Position numbers and translations under genes: made by a program
Shown: one piece after another, positions 1 to 10,286 of the stretch
How the letters are laid out: the number at the start of each line of letters is the position of its first letter
Position numbering within the stretch: the stretch's first letter is position 1
Notes under the pieces: generated by a model
Told to the model about the DNA's origin: nothing
Database searches by the model: none
What the model saw: the letters and a program-made list of their open reading frames with translations, nothing else
DNA from: Psammoneis japonica
Lineage: Eukaryota
Length of the DNA: 64,000 nucleotides
Direction of reading: 5' to 3'
NCBI GenBank assembly: GCA_008632985.1
Contig: QPGO01000127.1
Coordinates: 62,001 to 126,000 of the forward strand

Positions 1-905
1 TTTTGCTTGCGGACAACGCGATCTTTGGGTTCAACAACGCGCGAGCGAGCGTCACCGAGATTCGCTGGACACAGCCGAACACCGAACACCGACCGACTGC
101 AGAACGCCATCTCCGACGACCGACCGACCGACGTCATCGCTCATTGTGTTGTGAGTGACAGCGAAACAACAAAACAATGGAAGGGCCATTGCACTCCGCA
201 CGTCCCAGGCATCGTCTCTGGCACTTCCCTTTCCTGCTGTGGTGTCTCTTGTGTTTTGTGCCACAGAACTCCTCCTTTCACACATGCACGACTGCTGCAC
301 CCTTCTTGCGGTTTTCTCCCCGGCCGTGCCGCCGCCAACTCAACTTTTGTTGATCATTTTGGGATCCACCACACCTGCTAGAAAGGTTGCACCACAGTGT
401 CCCCTACGTCAATGTCTGCTGCCTCTGCATGGTGACAGCTGGCTCGCGAGCAACTCTCTCCAAAACCTCCCCAATCAACTGGGCAAGCCCTTTGGCTCTT
501 TCTCTGTCTGCAGCATCACACCTTTCACAGCACTGCCCCCAGCAAAGCTACCCATCTTGCCAGGGAATTGTCCCACATCAAGAGCCAAGCCCCTCCTTTG
601 CAAGTCTGCTGACTGCACCATCACCGCCTGCACGTGTGCTGCAGCTGAGGGCCCAGTGTGTCTCCTGAGCTGCTGCGCTCTCACCTCCCTCTCCTCCATG
701 TGGCAGCTCCCCCACAAAAACCCCCTCACTGCCCAGTTCCTGCCCTTGTTGGGCAGAGGGGATGGGCTCTCTCTCTCTCTCTCTGCAATCTGTGATTGTT
801 GGCAATTGATGCGATTGTTTGCAGTTGATGTTCTGTTTCTGCATCCATCTTCAGTGCTGAGTGCAATGATGGCAGATCTCTCACCAGTGGCACCTGCCAC
901 TCTCT
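1..905. mobile_element. Unclassified degenerate repeat tract (TpA-depleted), truncated by the window edge
   Basis: Almost no TA dinucleotides and many overlapping Cys/His-rich, Tyr-poor spurious ORFs; normal composition resumes at ~905. Contains a (CT)n microsatellite at ~767-784. No recognisable protein domain. Confidence 0.45.
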
Positions 906-1412
906 AGAGAACATCTCTTGGGTGAGTGTCTTTGGTCTCAAGAATTTGCGCACCAGTTCGGAAAGGGCCAACGAAGAAATTCAGATTGTGGTTGCAAAAT
1001 AAGGTGGCAGCAAACACAATGCACGGTCTCACGGGAGCAACGCAGAACGCAGAATTTTCGCCCTCTTGACGCTTTTATCATAGTTTCGACTTGTACATCA
1101 CTTGGGTTATTCAGAAATGATGTGATTGTACGATACAGAGAGAATGGCACTCTACAGTAGTTACATTCCATAACAACGACACCCACTGGCTACAGCTTCG
1201 AACCAAAATGCCAAAACGTCTACCGTATAGGGTATGGTATTTGAACAAAAAGGTAAAAGCACCGCAAACTACACTAGCTAGCCCCTTGTAAACTTATACA
1301 TTATCTTATGCAATCATACATTTGAATCAAGGGTCTATGGCAATGGGTTGTGGTCAAAATGGTGCGTTTTCTAAAAAGCCAACTCAAACTACACTGTTGT
1401 CTACGTCTTGCA

Positions 1413-2247
1413 TTAAAACAGAAACAGCGGTGTATTCTTGTTCATCTGCGGCACCAGTTCCGTCCGACCTTTTGACATTTCAGTTTCAAGCTGAGACTTG
1501 GTGAGTCCTTCGTCTTGAACGCGAAAGCTCAAGTACATGACCGTCACGATGCCTCCCGAAAGGGGAGAAATGAAACGCTCAAGATTGTCTGAAGCACAAT
1601 CCAGAGGCCGTAAAGGTTTGCTTAGCATTCAAGCCACCGAATACCACCACATTGATCGCAAAGATCGCGATGATCATGACTGCAAGGATACCAAGAGAAA
1701 AGCAACGTTTGCCTTTGTTAGGGCAAACGACCGGCCAAGACTGGACATGGCTGAAGCGTTTTCAATCATGACTGCTTCTTTGAACATAAAGCCCGAAACC
1801 AACACGATAACACCAGGAAATAAAGTAGGAGACATCCAATCATGATACCAATCATGTACACGACAAACGCCAAGAGCATGGTACAGAGGCGTTTGAGTCC
1901 TAGCTTGAGACTGCCGCTCCAATCTGGCTCTTGACGAACATAAATGGATCCAACGACACGGGGGTATGCCCACCCATAATCATGGCTCCGGTATTTTCCA
2001 CCACCATGATAATTGCAAAAGGAATCCAGATATTCTTGTTTGTGATCCACATGGGGTCATAAAGTCGACATCGGCCAGGACGGACCCATCATGTGAGAGA
2101 AACAAGCCGGACGACCGCCATTGGGACCAGAATGGTCAGACTGATTTTCATAAAGGTAGCAAAACCATGGCGATATACAGCAAAGGCCCTTTGGAACGTT
2201 TCGAAAAAGCCCAGAGGCTTGAACCAGTCATTCTCTTCCATGTTCAT
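1413..2247 (-). CDS. Multi-pass membrane protein of unknown function, split by several frameshifts
   Basis: Consecutive hydrophobic ORF pieces 2089-2358, 1766-2050, 1674-1973 and 1413-1628 read as one protein (MNMEENDWFKPLGFFETFQRAFAVY...VMIENASAMSSLGRSFALTK...VMYLSFRVQDEGLT). Confidence 0.55.
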
Positions 2248-3292
2248 GTTGTTTGGTGTTTTGTGTGAACGGCGGCGTGATGCTTCTATTCCCATGCATG
2301 TTTTGCGCCGCGTTTTCAGTCGCGTTTGGGAGAATCTACTGTATACCACAACATCCATTCATGGATATAAATAAAAAGGTTTCCCGCCACTTCGAGTCCC
2401 TGGCTGCCACCTGGCCTGGTGTCGTAAGTTGGAACAGCTGCCGGCAGGGTTAGAGGCAGTTTTCGTCGTGCGGACAGACAGAGTTTCAGTGTACAAGAAG
2501 CACTGACGATTGTGGACAACGTGGCAAGTTTACGTTCGTAACTAGGATTGAGTTGCGGGTCTTGTGCTCACTTTTTAGCTTCTGCACCCAGTTGACATGT
2601 GGCAACGAGACAGCTGCTGGTGACATCAGTTGATGACATGTTTGCAAGCCAAGCGGCTAGAGCGAGCAGCAGCAAGCCGCGAATTTCCAACACAGAAGCC
2701 AAAAAAGTTGTGGCACAACACTCAAAGCAGTGGTGTCATTCAAGGGCTGGGGAAGTTGAGAGGAATCCACAGAACAAGAGCTGGGAAGTTGAGAGGAATC
2801 TGCAAATGAGGGCCGGGGAGTCAACAGGGGTCCCCAAAGGTGTGCCGCGTGTCGGCAGATCGCAGCAAACAAGCCGGGTGGATGAGGGCAAAGAAACAAT
2901 TTCTGGCGTGCTTTGCTGCCAAAGAAGCTGTTGAGGTTTGCTGAAAGAGGGTGCAGCAAGGTTGTGTTGGGGTTGGTGAGACAGATGGCTTTGTGCTCTG
3001 GTGTGGCGCTCTTGTCTCTTTCACTGCCTGTTCCACGCACATGAATTTTCGACAATGCACGCACGCATTGCACCATTGCTGTGGTGCCCCAACAACAGGG
3101 TAGACTTTGGTGGCATGGCAGCAAGAGTGCTCATGCACACGCCTGTGTGGGGCCTGCACTTTTTGCCAATGCATTCCTTGCTTTTCCAGCACATGTTGAG
3201 CAGATTGCTCCACAACAATTTGTGCTCAGTGCTGATTCCCTGTGTCTCTGCTTGCAACATGACCCTCACTTGTTTCTCCTTTTTTCTTTAAG

Positions 3293-3461
3293 TTGCGGAC
3301 TGGCAGTGTTGGGACAATCTAACGGATGTCTAGGACAGATGACAATCGTGCACTGGATGAGAAAGAAAGTGAGCAAAGGAGAGATCATCGGATCTCTCCA
3401 TGCTGTCCATGCCAGTCTGTCCGACACAAGGGAGTGTGCTCCCCATCTCGGATGTCTGTCA
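3293..3461 (-). repeat. 3' LTR of the Copia element
   Basis: Direct repeat of 10116-10286 (14 substitutions plus one 2-bp indel by manual alignment); begins TGACAG on the minus strand. Confidence 0.93.
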
Positions 3462-3470
3462 CCCTCCCCT
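3462..3470 (-). promoter_or_regulatory. Polypurine tract (PPT)
   Basis: AGGGGAGGG on the minus strand, immediately 5' of the 3' LTR. Confidence 0.85.
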
Positions 3471-3629
3471 GATGAGCAATGCAATGCTCAACAAGAAAGA
3501 AAGAGACGATCCAAATAAAAAGAGAGGACCAGAATGGCAAAGAACAAAACAAATGAAACAGAGACACACCCAAGACTCAATCCACAACAAACCCGACAAC
3601 AATCAACGGCAGTGTCCCATCAAGCGGCG

Positions 3630-4152
3630 GGCATGGCGGGAATGGAGCATTCAACCCACGGCCTTGGTCAGCACATCAGCAGGGTCAATGACACCCGGGA
3701 CATGTCGAGTGACAATCTTGCCCATGTCACGCCAGTCTTGGATGGCAAAATGTTGAACATCAATGTGACGAGATCGCTCCGCAGGCACCTTGTTGTTGAT
3801 CATCTGGATGGCAGAGGAGTCATCAATGTGCAAGGGAGCAGGATCACGTTGGGGAAAACCCAATTCTTCCAGAAGTTACAGCCGCGAGGAACTCAGCTTC
3901 CATGGAGCTGGTGGCGGTGATCGTTTGCGCGTGGCATCGACAGTCAATCGCAGCACCAGCAAGGACATGCGCATGGCCAGCAGCAGAACGGCGACGCCAC
4001 AGTTCATTGCCATGTGCCGCATCAATGAATCCAAGAAGTTGGAAAAGGTCAACAGCACAAGGAAAATCCAGGAGAGATGGGTCATCCTTGAACCATTCAA
4101 AATCGCGAGGAGGCAGGCCGGGATCGCGTTTGGACTTCTTGCAGGTCAGTCC
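3630..4152 (-). pseudogene. Copia RNase H region (disrupted)
   Basis: ORF 3651-3863 carries IDDSSAI...ERSRHIDVQHFAIQDW...PADVLTKAVG, the Ty1/Copia RNase H C-terminal motifs. Confidence 0.85.
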
Positions 4153-6924
4153 TCAATGTTTGGCACGGCACAAATGCTTGGCCATGCGCTTGAGTGAATC
4201 ACAATGGAGCTCAGCCGGTGCCTTGGAAAACTTGGACAAGGTGACAATGGGACATCCAATGTCCAAACGACAACAGGAATGGGCAAAGACCAATTCACCC
4301 AAGACAGAACGATGCGAGAATCCTTGGGACTCAGCAAGAGTGTTGTGCTCGGGTGCACCCTCTTCAGGACCTTCAGTGGCACACAGATCAGGAATGCAAT
4401 CAACCGGAACAGGTGCAGCCTTGAAATCAGAATCAGATTCATGTGCAGCGGGAGTGTCCCAACCATGGGTCTTGAAAACACGGTCAAGGCAGCTGGCAAC
4501 GTTGACAGTGATTGAGTCGTCATTTTGAATGACATCAATGCCATTGAATTTGGCAACCAAGCCCAAACACTTGAAGGGAGGAGTGTCCTCATTCTCCATC
4601 TGGAGAGCCCTGCCAACATGGTCGTAGATCTCTTTCGCAATCTTTTCAGATGGACAAGCAAGAGCAAAATCATCAACCTGATGAAGGAGGAGGACCTTGA
4701 CACCATCACATTCACCGGAACAGACACACTTGTCATGAGCAGTGTTGCGGAAAAGAAGTTTTGCACCCGTGAGAATCGAGTTGATGTGCTTCTCCCAGAG
4801 GACACCAGCTTCAGGATGGCCTTGAAGAGCATGCTTGAGCGGGAGAACACAATGGCGGGGTGCTTTCTTGCCAAATCGTTTTTCACACCAGGCAGCACAT
4901 GCATCATCAACAGCAACAAAAACCGGTTGGGATGGGCCAGGAGAATGAGCACAGGCATCCCGTGCATCACCGCCAAAGACACGATGCGACACAGCCGCAC
5001 TGAGAGCGAAAAACATCTTTTCGACAGAACGTTCCACACACGATGAATGGGTGGAAGTCAACTCATGCAAGGCCGGCATTGCCGACTTGGAACCATCATC
5101 ACATTGTCGGGAGCGACGTTGGCCATCCGGCTTTGCCATGTGATCCCAATGCGGACGCATGACATTCGCGCCAGGGGGACGTGGTTGCAGAGGACCACAC
5201 ATGCCCAGGGCACAAAATTGGTCCAGTTGACGCTGCTCGCCTTCTTCCCATTCAGGCCATGTGTCAAGTTTGTGAAGCTTGGCACGGGTGAGATGGTCAA
5301 GAGCAGCTTCCTCTGGAGTGAGTGAGCGAGAGCCAATCGCACCGAGATGTGCATAAAACACATCCGCAGGGACAGCCTCATTGGAAAAATCATCATCAGG
5401 ACAGAGAAGAGCCGCAACAGATCGCACATCCTCCAAAGCAAGTTCAGGAACATGAGAGTCGTCCTCCGTGGAGTCCGGCTCAAATGACTCCGCTTCCTCA
5501 AATGCCTTGTTAAGAGTGCAAGAATCCAATCGTCGTTCCGGCACAAAAGCAATCTCGAAAGTCGGAATTTTGTCATGAAAGACCTGAGATGAGGCCTCTT
5601 CAGCATACGAAGGAGTAAAGACTTCACGCTTGTTGACAGAGACAACACATGCACCCACAATCTTGTTGCGAGTGGCACGGAGGGAAGAAAACAATGAAGC
5701 GGCAGGACTGCGCTGCTTGATGTCCGACACATGGACACAGTCCATTGGCGCACACTGAGAAAATCCAAAACCACAAGTGGGGTCCTTTGGAGGACGTTTC
5801 ATGGTGCATGCAACAGTCGCAGCAAATGGATTTGACGAAGACGCAAACATGGGAACGGTGGTGTCCTGTGTTTCAGCTGGAAAAGGCTGACCATTTTCCA
5901 CACGCTGTAAATGGATGGCATTGGGAGGGAGTTGATCCAAAAACAGGTCATTCGTGCCTTCATCGCAGCGCACATGCTTGGCCGTCTTGACTTTGTCAGT
6001 CTCAGGATCCCACCACACAACATTCTTGAGGGTGTTGGGAAGGCAACCAAGGAAGACACCCTTCTTGGAATTGGTCCGGAAGGCAGCAGAATGAACAGTG
6101 GACCGTTTGGACCACACTCGACATCCAAAAGTCTTCAGAGCAGCAAAATCTTTGACCTTTCCGGCAGCAAGAGTGACAGGTGCCGCATCTTGTTCTTTTG
6201 CAGGAGTGGCATTCTTGGTGCGGAGGCAGTGGTAAAATGCATGGGGCCAGAATCGGATCGGAAGGTTGGCACCAATTAAAATCGCATGAGTCGCATTCTC
6301 AACAGTTGAATGTGAGCGTTCAACAGGCCCACATTGGTTGGATGCGCCAGCGCCAGAAGGACAGATGTCATGCTGGAATTCTTGTGCAAAGAGGTCACGA
6401 ACTTTGGGGTTTTTGTACAATTCCCCACCTTGGTCCACAAATGCATGTTCATCACGACAATTCGGTGAATGTCGATCCAAGAATCGGCGAAGCCACTTGT
6501 AAGGACTGGCCTTTGAAGCCCTCGCTGCACCATGGAGCATCCACGTGTGATGATCACAGACAGCAATCCAACATGTTTCACCATCACATCCAAGACAGTC
6601 AACCTTTGGAAGTCTGGCCAGCAAAAGCAAAATCGACAGTGAGACCTTGGTGTGGTTGGGTCGCCTTCCGAGTCGTGTTCGGTCCAGCAGGAGTCTTGAC
6701 TTGCTTGGCTTGGATGCACGCAGGGCATGCATCAAGGACGGGATTAGCATGACAGAACTTGGGGATGCCCTTGATGTGCTTGTGAGCATTGTGCAAGCAG
6801 TGATCACTGGGGTGTCCAAGGCGTTGATGCCACAGAAGACGTTCAGTCTCAACCTTGAGAGAGCGGATGGGAGCAGGGGCAGACAATGGAGCCGAGTCAC
6901 ACTGCATCGAAAACAGCTCAGCAT
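4153..6924 (-). CDS. Copia pol: GAG-pre-integrase, integrase core and reverse transcriptase (hypermutated, probably non-functional)
   Basis: LWHQRLGHP (in overlapping frame 6599-7240), VDQGGELY, QCGPVERSH, FWPHA, KTFGCRVW, KKGVFLG, LKHALQGHPEAG and HQVDDFALA (RT catalytic motif). Confidence 0.92.
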   Translation of the reverse strand: MLSCFRCSVTRLHCLPLLPSALSRLRLNVFCGINALDTPVITACTMLTSTSRASPSSVMLIPSLMHALRASKPSKSRLLLDRTRLGRRPNHTKVSLSILLLLARLPKVDCLGCDGETCWIAVCDHHTWMLHGAARASKASPYKWLRRFLDRHSPNCRDEHAFVDQGGELYKNPKVRDLFAQEFQHDICPSGAGASNQCGPVERSHSTVENATHAILIGANLPIRFWPHAFYHCLRTKNATPAKEQDAAPVTLAAGKVKDFAALKTFGCRVWSKRSTVHSAAFRTNSKKGVFLGCLPNTLKNVVWWDPETDKVKTAKHVRCDEGTNDLFLDQLPPNAIHLQRVENGQPFPAETQDTTVPMFASSSNPFAATVACTMKRPPKDPTCGFGFSQCAPMDCVHVSDIKQRSPAASLFSSLRATRNKIVGACVVSVNKREVFTPSYAEEASSQVFHDKIPTFEIAFVPERRLDSCTLNKAFEEAESFEPDSTEDDSHVPELALEDVRSVAALLCPDDDFSNEAVPADVFYAHLGAIGSRSLTPEEAALDHLTRAKLHKLDTWPEWEEGEQRQLDQFCALGMCGPLQPRPPGANVMRPHWDHMAKPDGQRRSRQCDDGSKSAMPALHELTSTHSSCVERSVEKMFFALSAAVSHRVFGGDARDACAHSPGPSQPVFVAVDDACAAWCEKRFGKKAPRHCVLPLKHALQGHPEAGVLWEKHINSILTGAKLLFRNTAHDKCVCSGECDGVKVLLLHQVDDFALACPSEKIAKEIYDHVGRALQMENEDTPPFKCLGLVAKFNGIDVIQNDDSITVNVASCLDRVFKTHGWDTPAAHESDSDFKAAPVPVDCIPDLCATEGPEEGAPEHNTLAESQGFSHRSVLGELVFAHSCCRLDIGCPIVTLSKFSKAPAELHCDSLKRMAKHLCRAKH

Positions 6925-7246
6925 CCATCAGCAAGGGATCAGATGGACCTTGTTGGACGTTGATGAAAAACACTGCACGTTGACATGCATCGTCAACATC
7001 ATCAACCAAGGATGAGTCAGGGGTCGTCGATGTCGAGGGGACACCAGACGGAGATGGAGGAATCAGGGGTTGTGTGAACACCTTGCCATGTCGAAGTGCA
7101 CCATGGACAACCACCGCTTGTGCATCAGTGGAAGCAGTGCAAGTGCAAGTGCCATCGGCACATGTCTTCTCAAGGAGCTTGGAGCGAATGGACTGAGATT
7201 TGAAACCAGAAGCCCGCGCAAAATCACGTTCATCAATCAAAGTGGA

Positions 7247-8229
7247 TCATGGACTGGGATGGTAAAAAGTGCGCATGAGAAGAAAGCCTTCAGGGTTGTC
7301 TGCAGGTGCCTGCAGGCATCCAAAGCCATGAGGAACCGCATCAGAGCCTTCAGCAGCCGGAAGCATCTTCAAAGGGCATGGGTCATCTGGTCCAAAAGGA
7401 GCACATGTGTGGAGGAGGTTCTTGTCCCCTGTGCAGGATGCCCAAGCACCAGCATCAATCTGTGCACGATGTGTCGTTGAATCACGAAGCACATGATTGA
7501 TGGGAACGACTGGGGCAGTCAAGGATGCAAAGGTCGCAGGTGACTCCGGGGGAGAAAAAATCGGGGAGATGCGCACGGCACTGAGAGGCGACAAGTGCTG
7601 GGTGTTAGTCACATCAAGACACTCAAATGGTTGGTCCTGATCAGTGGACAATGGAGTGTCAGCATCCAATGCAGGAGGATCGAATTCCCTCCCCTGATTG
7701 TGATTGCCAGGGTCATCATCAGGAATCGTCTTGGGATCAGGAGCACCAGCCTTTGTCGAGCTCGAAAGAAGGGCAGCAAATGAGACAGGTGAAAGAGGAG
7801 GATCAGCGGAAGGTGACAAGTCATTTTGACCCTCTTTCACAGTTGCCCCGCTAGCAGGAGTTTTCGGATTGGAGGACAATGGGCAGCATTGTTTGTCCGA
7901 ACATGACAATGGCCCCAGGAAAAATCCTTCTTGGCCGTGCCAGACTGAAGTGCATCACGAGCACGCTGGTCACGTTGAAGAAACTGGGAGAACCGAGTGA
8001 GATGGGTGCGCAGGTGCTCAGCATCATTCAACACAGGACACTCATGGAACAAGTGGTTGTCACCACAAACAACACATGGACGGTTCTGTGCAATGGCAGG
8101 CGAGGACTTGATCCTGCAGATGCAGGCCTTGTGGACACCGTGGAGGGCTTGTGCATCATCATCTGGAGGAACATCCACAGTGGCAAGTTCATTTACAAAG
8201 CACTCCACAGTTTCCGCAGGTTTGTCCAC
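7247..8229 (-). pseudogene. Copia gag zinc knuckle and aspartic protease region (frameshifted)
   Basis: CVVCGDNHLFHEC (CCHC knuckle) in ORF 7837-8229; AQIDAGAWASCTG (protease D-x-G-A motif) in ORF 7247-7909. Confidence 0.75.
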
Positions 8230-8670
8230 AGGAGGAGAGTCAGATTCCTTGGGAGAGTCTTCAATTGCTGGAGGCGGAGCAGAAACTTCATCCTGGGGGA
8301 CCGCAGACAGGAGCTGCGAGAGGAGGAGGAGGCGACAACGTGGAGGACATTTGGGAGGGTCCTTGACACGCAGAGCTGGACTGTCCGGTTCCTTGAGAAT
8401 GGCACTGATGGTTTTGACAATCTTCTTCTGGGTGAACTTGTGTTGTTGGGTCTTGTCTTCCCGGGCATCCGCTGTTTTACGGTGAAGGCACTCACCACAG
8501 CGGGCATTGCTGAGAAAAATGTCAAGCTCACCAGGGTCATCAAGAGATGCACCAACATTGGAGATGACAGCTCACAGCTGAAGGCAGTCTCTGAAAAGAG
8601 CACAATGGCCAAGGACCGTGAGGTTGTTTTGGTGCGGGTGGCTCTTGATCAACTCATGCGGGCGCTTCGT

Positions 8671-9912
8671 CTAAATCGGCAGAATGTCAAAGAGAATCAT
8701 CTTGATGGCTGCGTGTCCATCACCGTGACATTGGCGAACAATGTCAGGGCACTTGGAGTCTGTCGGAAAAATTCCTTTTTTCTGAATGTGCTGGAAGACA
8801 GTCAGTTTCATTTGGTCAAGTGGTGCCATCATCCGGAGAGGCAGATCATCGGTGGGATCATTGCCACAAGTGAAACCCCAATTTCCACCATCCTTGACAA
8901 AACACCACAGAGGGCGCATGTGTGCACCACAAGCCGAGGCTTGTTGGGTTGCAGCAATGCACCATGCATGGATTCCTTGAGGGGAGATGTCATCACAAGT
9001 GAGATGATCGCGAAGGAATGATTTTGCATCCCAGTCAGTGCGATGAACAAAGAGTGAGCCATCAGTGAGAATGAGACGCTCAGTGCCATCCTCGCAACAA
9101 AGGTTTCCAGACTTGTGTGGTGCCAGGGATTTGCCAAGTGCTGCTTTCCCAGCTTCCTTGCGCTGACAGCGGGCCAGCACATCCTTTGGAAGTCCTTTCG
9201 GATTAAAGGTGCACACAGCACTGGCAGCAGTCAATGAAGAAGCCACACCAGCAGCAGTCATGGCAGACGGTGCAGGAGACAACACCTTGGGAGCAGAGTT
9301 CTTCAATGCGTTTGTCACGGCTTGCTCAAACTGTTTTGGACCAGGTGAGTGAGCAGCCAGGGCCTTGGCAAAGTCCTCAGGAGTGGGACCTGTGGCAGCA
9401 ACTGGTGCAGGTGCAGAACTCAAAGCAGTCGGTGGATCCGGGTGCGGATCATCAGAGATGTCATCCCAGCAATCACAATGTCGAAAACGAGGGATGAAAT
9501 GGAAACGCAGAGTCCCAACATGCAGATGCATGGTGTCGTCGTTCTCTGAAATTGCCTTGATCACAGTCTTCTGAAGAGCACTGAGGTTCAGACGAACCGG
9601 GGGGCCTTGAGGAGCAGCCACAAAGAGAGGAGCCTTCTCAATGATCGGTCCAATTCGTGCAAGACCCTCAGTCTGGAGAGCTTCAGGGATGATGAGATTC
9701 TGAACAATCTTGTGTCGAAGGACAGCAACAGCGTCGCTCTTGAGGCCTTGAGGGGTGAATCCATCCAAAAGATCTTCAGGAGCAGGGATCTTGTCCGAAC
9801 AAAGAGCATTCAGGAAAATGTGGGCATCGGGCATGCGATCATGTGGGCTGAATTCAACCCGCATTGTCTTGATCTTGGTCAAATCGACGGCGTTTGGATT
9901 TTTGTTCACCAT
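8671..9912 (-). CDS. Copia gag N-terminal region
   Basis: Long ORF just downstream of the 5' LTR/PBS (ATG at 9912, MVNKNPN...). Assignment is by position within the element. Confidence 0.7.
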   Translation of the reverse strand: MVNKNPNAVDLTKIKTMRVEFSPHDRMPDAHIFLNALCSDKIPAPEDLLDGFTPQGLKSDAVAVLRHKIVQNLIIPEALQTEGLARIGPIIEKAPLFVAAPQGPPVRLNLSALQKTVIKAISENDDTMHLHVGTLRFHFIPRFRHCDCWDDISDDPHPDPPTALSSAPAPVAATGPTPEDFAKALAAHSPGPKQFEQAVTNALKNSAPKVLSPAPSAMTAAGVASSLTAASAVCTFNPKGLPKDVLARCQRKEAGKAALGKSLAPHKSGNLCCEDGTERLILTDGSLFVHRTDWDAKSFLRDHLTCDDISPQGIHAWCIAATQQASACGAHMRPLWCFVKDGGNWGFTCGNDPTDDLPLRMMAPLDQMKLTVFQHIQKKGIFPTDSKCPDIVRQCHGDGHAAIKMILFDILPI

Positions 9913-10105
9913 GGTTGCGCGGGAAAAAAAATTAAATTCCTGTGCAGAGCTCTGGCATGTGTTCTGCGGTGGTCGTTTGATCACAAATCGAGAGGTGAAA
10001 AAACAGCTGTGACAATGATGACGATTTCAACGAAGAAAAAATCGCCAAATCACACAACAGGCGTTGCAACAGAGGAGCACAGAGGAAGAGGAACAGTGCA
10101 CTGCT

Positions 10106-10115
10106 GCTCATGACC
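10106..10115 (-). promoter_or_regulatory. Putative primer-binding site (half-tRNA-iMet type)
   Basis: GGTCATGAGC directly after the 5' LTR resembles the GGTTATGGGC PBS of Drosophila copia-type elements, with one TA->CA change. Confidence 0.55.
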
Positions 10116-10286
10116 TTATGGACTAGCGGCATCGGGACAATCTAACGGACATCTGGGACAGATGAGACAATCGTGCACCAGATGAGAAAGAAAGTGAGCA
10201 AAGGAGAGATCATCGGATCTCTCCATGCTGTCCATGCCAGTCTGTCCGACACAAGGGAGTGCACTCCCCATCTCGGATGTCTGTCA
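10116..10286 (-). repeat. 5' LTR of the Copia element
   Basis: Direct repeat of 3293-3461, flanked by the TSD copy TCAAG. Confidence 0.93.

Larger units (their letters stand above)
3293..10286 (-). mobile_element. Full-length Ty1/Copia LTR retrotransposon (~7.0 kb), hypermutated
   Basis: Two ~170-bp LTRs, 5-bp TSD (TTAAG 3288-3292 / TCAAG 10287-10291), PPT and PBS. Domain order is gag - zinc knuckle - protease - integrase - RT - RNase H on the minus strand. Confidence 0.95.

Noticed and set aside
887..907. Hairpin GTGGCACCTGCCAC followed by CTAG as a Helitron 3' end
   Set aside because: The spacing to CTAG is too short, the next base is A rather than T, and no Rep/helicase evidence is present in the window.
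7879..9021. 380-aa + strand ORF inside the Copia element
   Set aside because: It is an antisense shadow of gag, kept open by stop-codon depletion.
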